A DNA stretch of 64,000 nucleotides from Octopus sinensis (taxonomy: Eukaryota): assembly GCF_006345805.1 (NCBI RefSeq), contig NC_043010.1:19344001-19408000 (forward strand), given 5' to 3'. Each line of letters starts with the position of its first letter. Position 1 is the stretch's first letter. Positions 31,215-43,607 of the stretch are shown here, in pieces. The translations under genes were made by a program, and so were the position numbers. The notes beneath the pieces were generated by a model. It had not been told where the DNA came from. It did no database searches and worked only from the letters and a program-made list of their open reading frames with translations.

Positions 31215-31378
31215 ACGCCGGTGACACACACATGTGGTAAGAAGTTTACTTCCCAACTGCAAGGTCTCGGAGTCAGTCCCACTGTGTGGCACCATGGGCA
31301 AGCCTCTTCTACAGTAGCCTCGGTTCTACCAAAGCCTTGTGAGCAGATTTGGTAGACGGAAACTGAAAGAAGCCCAGT
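31215..31378 (+). mobile_element. SINE family A head (diverged)
   Basis: gtggtaagaagtttacttccc...tcagtcccactgtgtggcacc...gatttggtagacggaaactgaaagaagccc. Confidence 0.8.
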
Positions 31379-31760
31379 GTGTGTGTGCGCACGCGTGTGT
31401 TTGTGTGTGTGCGTGTGTGCGTGTGTGCGCGCGTGCGTGTGTGTGCGCGTGCGCGTGTGTCTATACACTTATGGATACATATACTGACATTCGTTTCTCG
31501 TTGCTTCGGGGTCGCAATACATCCACCTAAGAAGTTATAATGTGTAAACCCTATTTTACAGGCAGAAGAGATGATAGACCTGAGGCAAGAAAGTTCTTTG
31601 AATACATAGAATGTCTTATATTGTCTGCTTTTATTTGCGTTGTATGGTTCCTCATTCCATCACATTGGCGAATTATTAATTAACTATAAGCAAAGAGTTA
31701 TTAATTAATTGTTAATGGTTTTTATGCAATATATATATATGAGATATTATCGGTTTCAAA

Positions 31761-31935
31761 TTTTGGCACAATATCAGAAATTTCGGGGGAGGGGCTAAGT
31801 CGATGTAATCGACACCAGTATTCAGCTGGTACTTATTTTATTGACCACGAAGGATTAAAGGCAGAATCAAACCTCGGCGGAATTTGAACTCAGAATGTAA
31901 AGTCGGTGGAAATACCACTTACCATTTTGTGACGG
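31761..31935 (-). mobile_element. SINE family B (diverged)
   Basis: cctcggcggaatttgaactcagaa core. Confidence 0.75.
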
Positions 31936-32460
31936 AAGAGAATAACAGGGCCACTGACGGGATTTGACCTTGTGACTCTAGGTTACCGAACGGCCGTGTT
32001 ACCGATTACATTATAGAGCTCCTCCAGTTTCCATCTCTTTAAATATAACATAATTTGTTTCCGCTATTTTTACCGTAAGTTGTTTTAAATAAAGATGTGA
32101 TTTGTCCATTGAGCCGGTCTCGCGGTTATAGGGAAGTTTGTAATGTTTTATTAAAACTAAATCTAAAAAAAAAGAAGGTTAATGATGCTTTACTTAATTA
32201 TTAAAGAGAAATTAATAACTGGATCGTGAGATTCATGTTTGAAATCCTGGAAAGAGATTCAAATGATCAATGGAACAGATAAGGCCAGAAGTGACCAACC
32301 ATCGGACCTCGAACAACGAATTTTTAAAAATTAATTTTTATTTCTATTTTAATGACTATCATAATCTGCAAAGTGTTTTTCTCATTATATATGCATTAGC
32401 TATGTAATAATTAAATGATACGTTAAACACTTCACTGTGTTTTGCTATGCACGTGATCTC

Positions 32461-32542
32461 TCCGGTCCGTGGGAAAATTGTCTTCTGTCTTCTGTGAAAC
32501 CAGTCCGCGGTGCAAAAAAAAAAAAACGTTTGGGGACCGCTA
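32461..32542 (-). mobile_element. hAT-Charlie-like MITE terminal fragment
   Basis: Minus strand tagcggtccccaaacg...gcaccgcggactggtttcac...gaagacaattttcccacggacc. Confidence 0.55.
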
Positions 32543-33075
32543 GATTAAGTGACTACACAAGACATCTTTCGTTGGTTCCTTTTTCAATGTCAATAGGGAG
32601 ATTTTCTTGCAAGATTTAATTGCTATATTGAACATACATAAACACCCCGCCGTTATTTCACGTACACCTTAACTTAAAGTCTACATGCAGTTCGTTGGGA
32701 GTGAAGTTGTTGCTGCATTGAATAGATGTAATAAATGGATTGAAACTTTCTTATTATATCATACAATTTCTATTTAAAATCTATATAAATATATTATGCA
32801 GTTTCTTAGAGGAGATTCACCTCTTACATCGAGTAGCTATTGTTTACAGCACACAAGCTTCCTCGTTCGTTCATTCGGTTGCTATTTTAAAGAACCATAG
32901 ACTTCAAGGATGTAAAACCACATCACCTTAAATGGTTTATGTTTTTGAAATTTTAAATGTAAGCCTGACAAACAGCTACATCACTCCATCTTGGTTTTAT
33001 ATAAGTTAAATAATGTAAAAATATGTGACACCCATTCGCTTTGTTTTACTTTAATATTTTGGCTTTTTATTTCAG

Positions 33076-33142
33076 GTGTGCGGCACTTTGGGAACCACTG
33101 GAGCTTGTGCGTTTGATAACCTTCCCGAGCTGGGAGCCGTCT
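33076..33142 (+). CDS. HDC: HDC exon (67 nt, VCGTLGTTGACAFDNLPELGAV)
   Basis: tttcag|...|gtaagt; phase 0-1; TLGTT..C.FD motif. Confidence 0.96.
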
Positions 33143-33185
33143 GTAAGTGAAATATATAACAGATCTAATAATATTTATGCCATGT

Positions 33186-33402
33186 AAGGCGAAAACCTAG
33201 CAGAATCGTCAGGACGCCACAGACGAAATGCTTAGCGGCGTTTCGTCTGTCTTTACGATCTAAGTTCAAATCCCGCTGAGTCAACTTTGCCTTTCACCCT
33301 TTCGGGGTCGATATAAAAAGTACCTGTTGTGTACTGGGGTCAATGTAATCGACTTACTCCTTCCCTAAAATTTCTGGCCTTGTGCCAAAATTTGAAACCA
33401 TT
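33186..33402 (+). mobile_element. SINE family B
   Basis: Head and gcctttcaccctttcggggtcgat core. Confidence 0.85.
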
Positions 33403-33599
33403 GTTATTATTATATCTTATTTTTGCAAATCTCAGACACTTCGACGTTAAACGATCGGGACATTTCAGTTTGGGAGCAGTCAACAACAAATTGACAAAGA
33501 TCCCTGCTTCCTCTCTTCTGCCTTACATAGACAAGATTTTTTTTTTTAATTCTCGTTTTAACGAGAAATGTTGACATTTGCATGATCTGTGACCTTACA

Positions 33600-34212
33600 G
33601 CAATTTTGATTCTGTTTACAGTCTTCGAAACTGTCCGATATGCATTCCAGTGCTGTGGTCAGCACTACAATCACTAAAACAATCTTCATTTTCCACTACT
33701 TTCCAGCCTCCTCCTTCAGTGATTTATACTTCTCCATCTTTTCATGCTCTTTATCTTTTACTTTACTCTCTCCTGGAATAGAGATATCGATAATTTGGGC
33801 CTCTTTCTTTCTTCTTGACGACTATAACCATCTGGCTTTACTGCTTCAGTCATGCCATCATATTGAATGGTGAAGTCCAACAAAAGCTTAAATTTGTCAA
33901 CCTTTAACACCCATCCTGGTTTCTGCTCGTAGCATTTAGCTGCTTTGACAAATCCAGACTTCTCAGATATCATCCGGTGAATATCTCTGGTAACGTTATC
34001 GTGTCGTCCTTTTGAACTGTCGCTGTGCTATCTTAGCACATTCGCTTAAAGATGGCTGACCGTTTTTACTTTTGCTCCAAATGCTCTACATAATGGCAAT
34101 TCTTTCGTTTTGTCAACATAATGTTTAGTGTAGTCAGTTATGAGAGTCTGCTTCTGAGCACTGCATACCAGAGTCTCAGTGCATCCTTTCAGATCATCAT
34201 TTCTAAGACATT
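33600..34212 (-). mobile_element. R4/Dong-clade LINE fragment (CCHC + RLE endonuclease)
   Basis: LKGCTETLVCSAQKQ...CRAFG..TVSHL..EC..FKRRHDNV...LLDFTIQ...QIIDISIPG; 5' end abuts an (ATC/ACC/GTT)n tract. Confidence 0.8.
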
Positions 34213-34390
34213 GTTATCATCATCATCATCATCACCACTATCATCACCACCACCACCATCATCATCATCATCACCGTCATCGTCGTCGTCGTTGTTCTTG
34301 TTCTTGTTGCTGGTGTTGTTGTTGTTGTTGTTGTTGTTTTTGTTGTTGTTGTTGTCACATTTTAACAGGAAACCTCCTCTTCAATCCAAG

Positions 34391-34553
34391 GTGTTGCCGA
34401 ATCAATATGGATGCACGTGGATGCTGCCTATGCCGGAACGGCCTTTATCTGTCCCGAGTTTCGAAAGTTTATGGTTGGCATCGAACACGCCCATTCTTTG
34501 GCTTTCAATGCCTCCAAGTGGATGATGGTGAACTTTGAATGCACAGCAATGTG
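34391..34553 (+). CDS. HDC: HDC exon carrying the PLP-binding lysine (163 nt, [55 protein letters not shown])
   Basis: ccaag|...|gtaggt; phase 1-2; HVDAAYAG motif; SKWMMV is HDC-type (DDC has HKW, TDC has NKW); Lys codon 34516-34518. Confidence 0.95.
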
Positions 34554-34577
34554 GTAGGTCGATTATATAAACTTACC

Positions 34578-34619
<42 letters not shown>

Positions 34620-35228
34620 CATCTCTTTGTCTGTCTGTCTCATCCTCCTCTCTCTCTCTCACTCACTCTCTCTCTCTCCATCTTTTTGTCTGTTTGTCTG
34701 TGAGCTGCTCATCCACTCTCTCCATTTCTCAGTCTGTCTGTCTGCCTCTCACCCTGTCTCTCTTTCTCGCTCTCTCTCTATCTCTCCCCATCTCTCTCTA
34801 TCTCGCCTTTCCTCAACCAGTCCTCACTTTCTCTCTCTTTCTCCCCTTCTGTTTCTGTCTGTCTCTCTTTCTTTTTCAAGCTCTCTCTCTCTATCTATCT
34901 GTCTGACTGTCTGTCTTTATCTCTTCCCACCCCTCTCTCATTATCTCTTTCGCTTCCAGCCTTTGGTACCTATTTGTAGTTAAGTCCACTGTGCCTTCCT
35001 AAGTCCACTGTGCCTTCCTAAGTCCACTGTGCCTTCCTATTTGTTTTCATCTCGATCGAGGACCGTGCCTCCATTATCGTATATACTTCACATCTCATGA
35101 ATTATACTTCAACAAAATACATATTTACAGCCGAACGAACTGTGATTATAGAAGGGACATAATTATAGTTTAATGAACTGTACGTACCATACAATGCATG
35201 TAGGCATTTTACTGTACACGCACACACA

Positions 35229-35282
<54 letters not shown>

Positions 35283-35284
35283 AT

Positions 35285-35420
35285 ATAGTTCAAATCTACA
35301 GAAAACAAAAGACGAAGACAGGTGTAGGAACAACAAGCAAATGTATTAGTTTAACGCTCGGGAAGAATGGAGTAGTACTTCACGTTGCCAGTCTACGCTC
35401 TTCGACAGAAAGGATTAAGA
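35285..35420 (-). mobile_element. PLE-like terminal remnant with degenerate hammerhead-like motif
   Basis: Minus strand ctgtcgaagagcgtag...aacgt...acacctgtcttcgtcttttg; same family as 48290-48430. Confidence 0.5.
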
Positions 35421-35527
35421 ATGGAAAAAATGGAGAGAGAATGGGAAAAACGGAAGGAGAAAAAATGTGCTGAGTTCAACGGTCCAACAATGGAGATGAG
35501 TAGAAAAAAGAAGCTGAATGAAAGGGA

Positions 35528-35563
<36 letters not shown>

Positions 35564-35578
35564 ATAAAAATAATAATG

Positions 35579-35639
<61 letters not shown>

Positions 35640-35880
35640 TAATAATAACGGTAACAGTGACCCCCCCCCCAACGAACTAAGGTGCGCAAAATTATGTTGA
35701 TCTGGAAGTTGTCATTGTTGTTGTTTAACTCAAAGTCAGCTCTGACTGAGCAGATTTATGATAAAAAATATTCCAGGCAAGATAGTCCCATTTTTTGCAC
35801 ATCTAGAACACCATTCTTTAATGTGTCCCCTTTTTAAAGACAGCAAATATACACATACATACATATGTGTATGTGTGTGT

Positions 35881-35916
<36 letters not shown>

Positions 35917-36020
35917 TTATGCAGCTGAGGATTGCTCTGCATTTAAATTCATATAATGGTTGCATTGTTTCAATAAATGGAGTCGCTTGAAACGTTATCC
36001 TGTTGCTTATTTTGACTTTC

Positions 36021-36054
<34 letters not shown>

Positions 36055-36140
36055 GTATGTATGATTCAAAATGTGACCGCGTGTGTATCGTTGGCGATTT
36101 TTCCCCCGTCTTCCCTTCCTTGGATCTTTCCTTTTCCTAT

Positions 36141-36175
36141 GTTTCTGACGAAGAGCTCTGCTCGAAACGTTAAAT
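36141..36175 (+). ncRNA. Minimal type I hammerhead motif in a PLE-like remnant (approx. 36070-36265)
   Basis: GUUU-CUGACGA-A-GAGC(ucu)GCUC-GAAA-C-GUU-AAAU; palindromic AACGUU stem III. Confidence 0.55.
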
Positions 36176-36261
36176 CCTCCTTCTTTCCTGAGCGTCCAAT
36201 AATACTATACTTGTTCCACGTCCTCGCGTTGTAGTGTTTTCCTTTTTTTTCATGTTTGGAT

Positions 36262-36345
<84 letters not shown>

Positions 36346-37640
36346 CTGTAGGTTAGATAAAATATGTTGACATATTTTAACTCCTAAAGCAAAATTCACT
36401 GCAGACAGCGAAAAGAAAAATTCTCTGTTATGGTAATAGGTGTAAAAACAGTATAATCTTCCCAATGCTTGCCTCTAGCGGATTCCAAGATGGACGTTTG
36501 TTGCTCCTTAACCTTTCTCAGTGGGAAATACCGAAGAGAGATGACCCTGGGTAAATTCAAGCCATAGTTGAAATAAAAAAACAGTTCTCAGATATATGTG
36601 TGTACGTGTGTGTGCGTTCGTGCGTACGTGAGTGTGTGTGTGAGTGTGTGTGAGTATATGCGTGCGTGTGTAAATGTTAACCTAGAATCTTCGCTGGTAA
36701 GAATAAAGTCCCCAAAATGACAAAAGGGAGTTGCTTTGGTCCAATAGTAGAACATTTGTAATATTTACAAAAAGTGAGTTCTAGTCCCATTTGCAGCCTT
36801 CTGCTTTTTTATTTTATTTTAATTCAAAGCGTTTTTAACCCAGCATTTAGGCGCTATCATTTATAGCTTTATCTGCTTCAAGTTCCACCGTCTCCCAACA
36901 GAATTATTTCACGTGTTCTAGAAGCTTCCAAATTCTTATGACGTAAACAGCATATAATACTCATTGGTAAAAATAAAGTTTTTCAAATGGTCGGTGAAAG
37001 TACGAGGAAAGACAAATTCAACCAGGGATCGAACTTTCATTGCTGTATTAGATGACGTGTTCTGTCTACCACATATAAGTATAATAGCATATTACAGCGT
37101 GAAACAAGCTTTTGTTCTTTTGATTAAAATAGTTATAACTGTATTTGTTGTTGCCGTTGTTGTTGTTGTTGTAAGTATAGAGAGGTGATAAAATGGTATG
37201 GAGTTTTCTATTGCTTCCAATAAACATGGCTGACGATAATTATTGCTGCATCATAAATCATCTGTGTGTCGCACATGCGTAGGTAGTCGTATTGTTTCCG
37301 GCATTATACACATCAAACCGGAAATTCATGGATTCACCTTTAGCTAGACGTGTGTGTGTATGAGTGTGCGGGAAGGAGTGTAACTGTAAAAGTGTGCCGG
37401 AATGCCTACATATAAATATGTATGTACGTATGTATGTATGTATGTATGTATGTATGTATGTATGTATTATGTATGTATGTATGTATGTATGTATGTATTT
37501 ATGTATGTATGTATGTATGTATGTGTGTGAGCATGTGTATATGTGTTAGTCTATGTGTGTTAGGGAATATCCGAGTATGTTTGTGAGTTATTAGTATAGA
37601 GTTGTGTAAATGTACCTGCATGGGTTGGAGGTAATTGTGT

Positions 37641-37677
<37 letters not shown>

Positions 37678-38240
37678 GTGTGTGTGTGTGTGTGTGTGTG
37701 TACGCCTGCATGGATGTATGTGTATGTATGTGTGTGTCTGTGTCCGCGTATTTGTTTTCGTGTGAAGTTGGAGTGAAAGGATCTTTCAACTGCAACAGCA
37801 AAATGTACAAAAACAAAAAACAAGGATAATGATCGCAACACAATAAGTGGTGGTGGTGGCGATGGTGGCGGTGGTGGTGGCCGCCGCCGTCGTCGTCGTC
37901 GTCGTAGTAACAATGGTAGTAGCAATGGTGGCAGTTGTGGTGATATTGGCAAATGTTTATAATTGTAATGGTGAGTGGAGGAGTAGGGGAAATAAAAGTG
38001 TGACAGTGGTGTCGGCGGTCGTGGTGGCCATCGTAGCGATGATGATGATGATGATGATGGTGTTTGTGGTAGAAGCAAAAATCCCGGTTGCCATGGTGGT
38101 GCTAACCCAGCCAGTGGCAGTTGTGGTGGTCGTAATGGTGGTGATGATGGTCGCAGTCCAATGACTGACGCAAGTAAGAAGTAACAGATGAAAGACGCAT
38201 GCGTAAATGAAGAGTGTCGGTGAATATGAAAACATTATTG

Positions 38241-38415
38241 GGCGGCGAATTGGCAGAAACGTCAGCACGCCGGGTGGAATGCTTAACGGCATTTCACCCG
38301 TCTCCATGTTCTGAGTTCAAATTCCGCCCGGGTCGACTTCGCCTTTCATCCTTTCGGGGTCGATAAATTAAATACCAGTTGCGTATTTCGGGCCTTGTGC
38401 CTATAGTAGAAAAGA
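38241..38415 (+). mobile_element. SINE family B
   Basis: Head and core match other copies. Confidence 0.85.
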
Positions 38416-38799
38416 ATATGAATGCATTATACGCACCTACGCACTACGAAGTCCCGAAAAAAGCGGGTTTAACGATACGATAAAATACATCCGTCAACAA
38501 GGAACCTCTAATACTAAGGACAAAACGCACGCACACACACACACACACACACACACCACATAACAGAGCTACCACAACATTAGTGATAAGGGAATCTCAG
38601 CCACATCAAGTTCAATTCACTTTGTATTCCACTGTTTTGACGGGAAAAGTCAAGTTGGCCATGTTCGGAATGTCTTTCTTTCACCATAGTTCTTGCTCAA
38701 AGAAGTGGTCCAACAGCAGCAACGCCAATGCAGTTCTACCATTACATTGACCACCGCTACACTGTCGTCACACTACAACCAAGACACACCACCACATCC

Positions 38800-39590
38800 A
38801 CCACCACTATGCCGTAACCGCAACTACATCATCACACCACACCACACCACCATCACCACCATCACCATCACCACCATCACCACAATCATCACCACCACCA
38901 CTACCATCACCATCACCATTACCACTGCCACCATCACCACCATCACCACCTCCACCATCACCATCACTAACATCACCATTGCCACCACTATCACCATCAC
39001 CACAACCACCATCACCATTACCACCATCACCACCACCACCATCACCATCACCACCACCATCACCACCACCACCATGACCACTACCATCACCACCACCATC
39101 ACCACCATCACCATCATCACCATCATCACCATCACCATCACCACCACCACCACCATCACCGCCATCACCACCATCACCATTACCACCACCACCACCACCG
39201 CCACCATCGCCACCACCACCACCACCGTTACCATCGCCACCACCACCACCACCACCACCACCACGACCGCCATCACCACCATCACCATCACCACCACCAC
39301 CACCACGACCGCCATCACCACCACCACCATCACCACCATCACCACCACCATCACCATCACCATCACCACCACCACCATCACCACCACCATCACCTCCATC
39401 ACCACCACTACCATCACCATTACCACCACCACCACCACCATCACCATCATCATCAACACCGCCACCACCACCACCATCACCACCATCACCACCTCCACCA
39501 TCATCATTACCACCACCACGATCAACACCACCACCACCATCACCATCAGCACCACCACCATCACCATCCATGCCTCCACAACCATCACAA
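38800..39590. repeat. (CAC/CAT)n compound trinucleotide tract
   Basis: Direct reading; ends about 35 nt before the HDC acceptor at 39626. Confidence 0.95.
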
Positions 39591-39626
39591 CATAATTACA
39601 ATAAGCAAGGTCTTCTATTTCTCCAG

Positions 39627-39697
39627 GATCAAAGACAGCACTTCCCTACATCGAACATTTAATGTTGATCCATTGTATTTGAAGCACGAAAATTCGG
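39627..39697 (+). CDS. HDC: HDC exon (71 nt, IKDSTSLHRTFNVDPLYLKHENS-G)
   Basis: ctccag|...|gtaagt; phase 2-1; catalytic-loop Tyr (DPLYL, 39676-39678) and HDC-type Ser (39694-39696). Confidence 0.95.
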
Positions 39698-39835
39698 GTA
39701 AGTTCGTTTTGTTGTTATTGCTGTTGTTGTTGTTGTTATCTATATTGTTGTTATTGTTATCTATATTGTTGCTGTTCTTACTTATGCTGTTATTGTTGCT
39801 GATGATGATGACGATGATGATAATGATGATGATAA

Positions 39836-40070
39836 GGGCGGCGAGATGGCAGAATCGTTAGCACGCCGGGCGAAATGCTCAGCGGTATTTTGGCTGCCGC
39901 TGCGTTCTGAGTTCAAATTCCGCCGAGGTCGACTTTGCCTTTCATCCTTTCGGGGTCCATTAAATAAGTACCAGTTACGCACTGGTGTCGATATAATCGA
40001 CTTAATCCCTTTGCCTGTCCTTGTTTGTCCCCTCTGTGTTTAGCCCCTTGAGGGTAGTAAAGAAATAGGT
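39836..40070 (+). mobile_element. SINE family B
   Basis: Full head, core and tail. Confidence 0.9.
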
Positions 40071-40700
40071 ATTATCGCCATTGTCAGTGTTGCCAGTAAA
40101 GTCATTATTGTTGTTGTTGTTGTTGTGGCTCCAGAATTCAGGTCAATGAGGTCAAATTGCTCAACAGATGACCAACACATTTAGGTGTTTACATGAGTTC
40201 AGTATTTACGGCGAGAACAAATTCCAAATTAATCAAATTGTGAAAGGGATTGTTAAGTGCATTTATAATGTGACTGACCTAATATATTTTGGAGATAAAG
40301 CAGTGATGCATGCACGCTTACATGTATGCACGTATCTGTATATACAAGTATGTGTACGTGTGTGTGTGTATGTGTGTGTGTGTACCATAAAATCAAACCA
40401 AGTAATTTTGGATATACTTAATACACGCGTTTCACATCATTGCGCAATAGATAAAAAGGAATTCATGTTACACAACATCTTCCTCAGCAAAGACGTTTTG
40501 ATATGTGTAAGAAATTAATTTCCTTTTATATATTATGCAATGATCTGAAACGCGCGAATTAAATGCAGCCAAAATATATCAAGCTAGCCAGTCCTTACGA
40601 CATTTACACGAATACACTAACAAGAATGTTGTTCTTTTCGACTCAAGCTGGTAACCTACATCGCTCCCAAGCATAACACTATATAAACATACATACATAA

Positions 40701-40776
<76 letters not shown>

Positions 40777-40887
40777 AATATAATTAATATAATATATGCT
40801 TGAGCTTATAAGCTTTCACCGTATATTGACAATAGAAAATAATTTAATATTGAATATATTTAATGTGTGTGTGGGTGTGTTTTGCGG

Positions 40888-40919
<32 letters not shown>

Positions 40920-40993
40920 TTGGCTATATTATATGTCTATATCTCCCTGTAGAGGCAAGCGTCTACAGAAATTGCATAAACTATATGCATTTT

Positions 40994-41075
<82 letters not shown>

Positions 41076-41238
41076 TGCATATATGCTAATGTCTATATTC
41101 AGATACTTATAATAGCAGTGCTAGAAACATATACAATACTGCGATAGATAATCTGTAGTAAAATAATCTTTGTATGAAGCTAATCCTTTTTAAAATTTCT
41201 TAAAAGAAAGCTTGTAACACCAATTATAACTTTGACGT

Positions 41239-41302
<64 letters not shown>

Positions 41303-41819
41303 ACATACATTCTGTTATAAACTGAGCTAGTATTAATCTCTAAACATTCTTTTGTGAACCCTAAAATAGCAAAATATAATTCTATATATAAAAGAATCTT
41401 CATAAGTCTGCGAAGAAGAAGAAACTTCCACCAAAGCAAATGGTGACCTGAGTATGGCACATCTGCCGCATGAACCCCCATAGAAGTTTACTTCTTCACA
41501 TACATACCTGACTGAACGCACACAATAAGAATATTTCCTTATCAAACAAGAAAAACTGTCTCTGCCATTCCTTCCTCGTTACCCATGCCCTACATTTAAA
41601 TATATAGTTTCGTCCTATTCTTTTCGATCACCCCTTTCCATGAAAGGAGGTGGTTTGCAATAATACACTTACCTTGCTGAAGGAAAACCGCAGACGGATC
41701 TGATGAAGGAGAGTAAGATAAACTTTGAAGTCACTGTCAACCTTTTCCTTCGAAGAATTAATAAATTTGTACTTTACTAAAGTGTATCAAGTGATAAATA
41801 TTTAGACAGACAAACAGCT

Positions 41820-42184
<365 letters not shown>

Positions 42185-42246
42185 TGTATGTATTATTTCC
42201 CTTCTCAACTTATCAATCTATTTCTTTCTTGTCTTCCATTTCACAG

Positions 42247-42266
42247 GAGCAGCCATTGATTACATG
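42247..42266 (+). CDS. HDC: HDC 20-nt microexon (G-AAIDYM)
   Basis: tttcacag|gagcagccattgattacatg|gtaagt; supplies exactly the missing residues and restores phase 1-0 between the flanking exons. Confidence 0.92.
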
Positions 42267-42460
42267 GTAAGTAGAACTTGTTCTTGCTTCATTTAGTCTT
42301 AAAATCTGACCATTACGAGTGTCATGGTTGTCTGCGTGATCTTTCTTTATCAGAAATGTTCAGTGTCTTGTCCTCCAGTTTAAATTAGTTCGATATAGAT
42401 GTCATCAGGTTAACTACTTGTAATTAAGTAGGTGACAGTTATATCGAATTGTGTATTGGT

Positions 42461-42720
42461 TAGTGGTTCTCAGCGGGGGTTGATATGGACCTAGGGGGCT
42501 CCATATAAAATTTTGTTGTTAAAATTTATCTGCAATAAAATACCTATACTTCTCCAATACACAAAATATTTTAATTTTGTAATTCGTAATAACATTTAAT
42601 TTTTAAAATATGATTTTTTAAACTTCAAATTTAAACATCATATGTTTCTCAGATAGACCCTCATGGTCTATCTGACTAAAATAGGGATCGATGGGTCTAT
42701 AGGCAAAAAATAAATGGTTG
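42461..42720 (+). mobile_element. Possible hAT MITE fragment
   Basis: tagtggttctcagcggggg start resembles a CAGTGGTTCTCAA TIR; right end incomplete (aaatggttg). Confidence 0.35.
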
Positions 42721-43175
42721 GTCGATGTACTCTGGACGGGTCGGCCATGGCAATGAGATTGAAAAAGAATGAGAGGAGGTGATAGGGCGTGTTGCCGACG
42801 AGTATGACACAGGTTACAGAAAACAACCGTTGGCTGAGATAATCGGCTACTCTGTCTGTCTGAATCCCTCCAAACTGATCTTTTATGGGATTCGGTTGGC
42901 TCCTGTGACTAGTTGCTATGGAGCCGCTCTGGTTGGCCAGGTTTTAGCTTACTTTGTCCAATGCAAAGATCCGAGGCGAAATTGTTGGATCTATCCATCC
43001 TTTTTTCTGCAAATTCATTCGAGAAATGAATTCAGCGAATTGAATGAAATGTTGCCAATTTTAGACTGGAATTGTTATTGGAATAGTTGATAAGTATGGA
43101 TGCAGATTTGACTGCCTTTAAAGACAGAAACAAACTATGGAAACTTTGCGATGCCAAAATCACTAAAAGTGTAAA

Positions 43176-43364
43176 GTAATCAGAATCTTGGGGTTAGTAG
43201 CCCGCGCTCTTAACCACTACGCCATATACCCACGGTCATATGGCGTAGTGGTTAAGAGCGCGGGTTACTAACCCCAAGATTCTGAGTTCGATTCCAAGCA
43301 GTGACCTGAACAATAACAACAACAGCAACACAACAACAACAACAACAACAACAACACTAATAAC

Positions 43365-43425
<61 letters not shown>

Positions 43426-43607
43426 TCGAAAAATACCTTAGGAATGAGAACCCAGGTTCGAAATTTCCTTAAGACACCTGAAGAAGGCTGGAGGGAATAT
43501 CAGCCGAAACGTTGTGGGAACAACAAACAAGATGAAGACAAATATCCGTCAAATGGAAATAATGTAAATAATGTACCTAATTCCTCATTCTCTTAAATAT
43601 AGAACTG
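43176..43607 (+). mobile_element. tRNA-headed SINE-like element with internal (AAC)(AAT)n tract, hammerhead motif and inverted 5' duplication
   Basis: A box TGGCGTAGTGG (43241), B box GTTCGATTC (43286); 47-bp inverted repeat 43181-43227 / 43238-43284; CTGAAGA-A-GGCTG..CAGCC-GAAA-C-GTT at 43478-43513; candidate TSD aaagtgtaaa at 43166-43175 and 43608-43617. Confidence 0.75.

Noticed and set aside
31948-32021. tRNA-like sequence on the minus strand, and the SINE heads, as tRNA genes
   Set aside because: Stems are broken or boxes degenerate, and they are attached to SINE bodies; no intact cloverleaf
34981-35038. Three perfect 19-bp tandem units (also the 14540-14990 array) as CRISPR-like
   Set aside because: No unique spacers, eukaryotic context, no cas genes; simple slippage duplication
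38693-39595. 300-aa Thr-rich mucin-like ORF and the antisense Gly/Asp and Val/Met ORFs
   Set aside because: Translation of a (CAC/CAT)n tract inside an HDC intron
40425-40490. Minus-strand CUGAGGA...GAAACGCGUGUA motif
   Set aside because: No stem I or stem II pairing
41695-41760. CUGAUGAAGG... motif with downstream AATAAA
   Set aside because: GAAG instead of GAAA and weak stems; at most a decayed PLE end
42779-43090. 103-aa ORF in non-repetitive intronic DNA
   Set aside because: No motif, weak start codon and no splice support; unclassified
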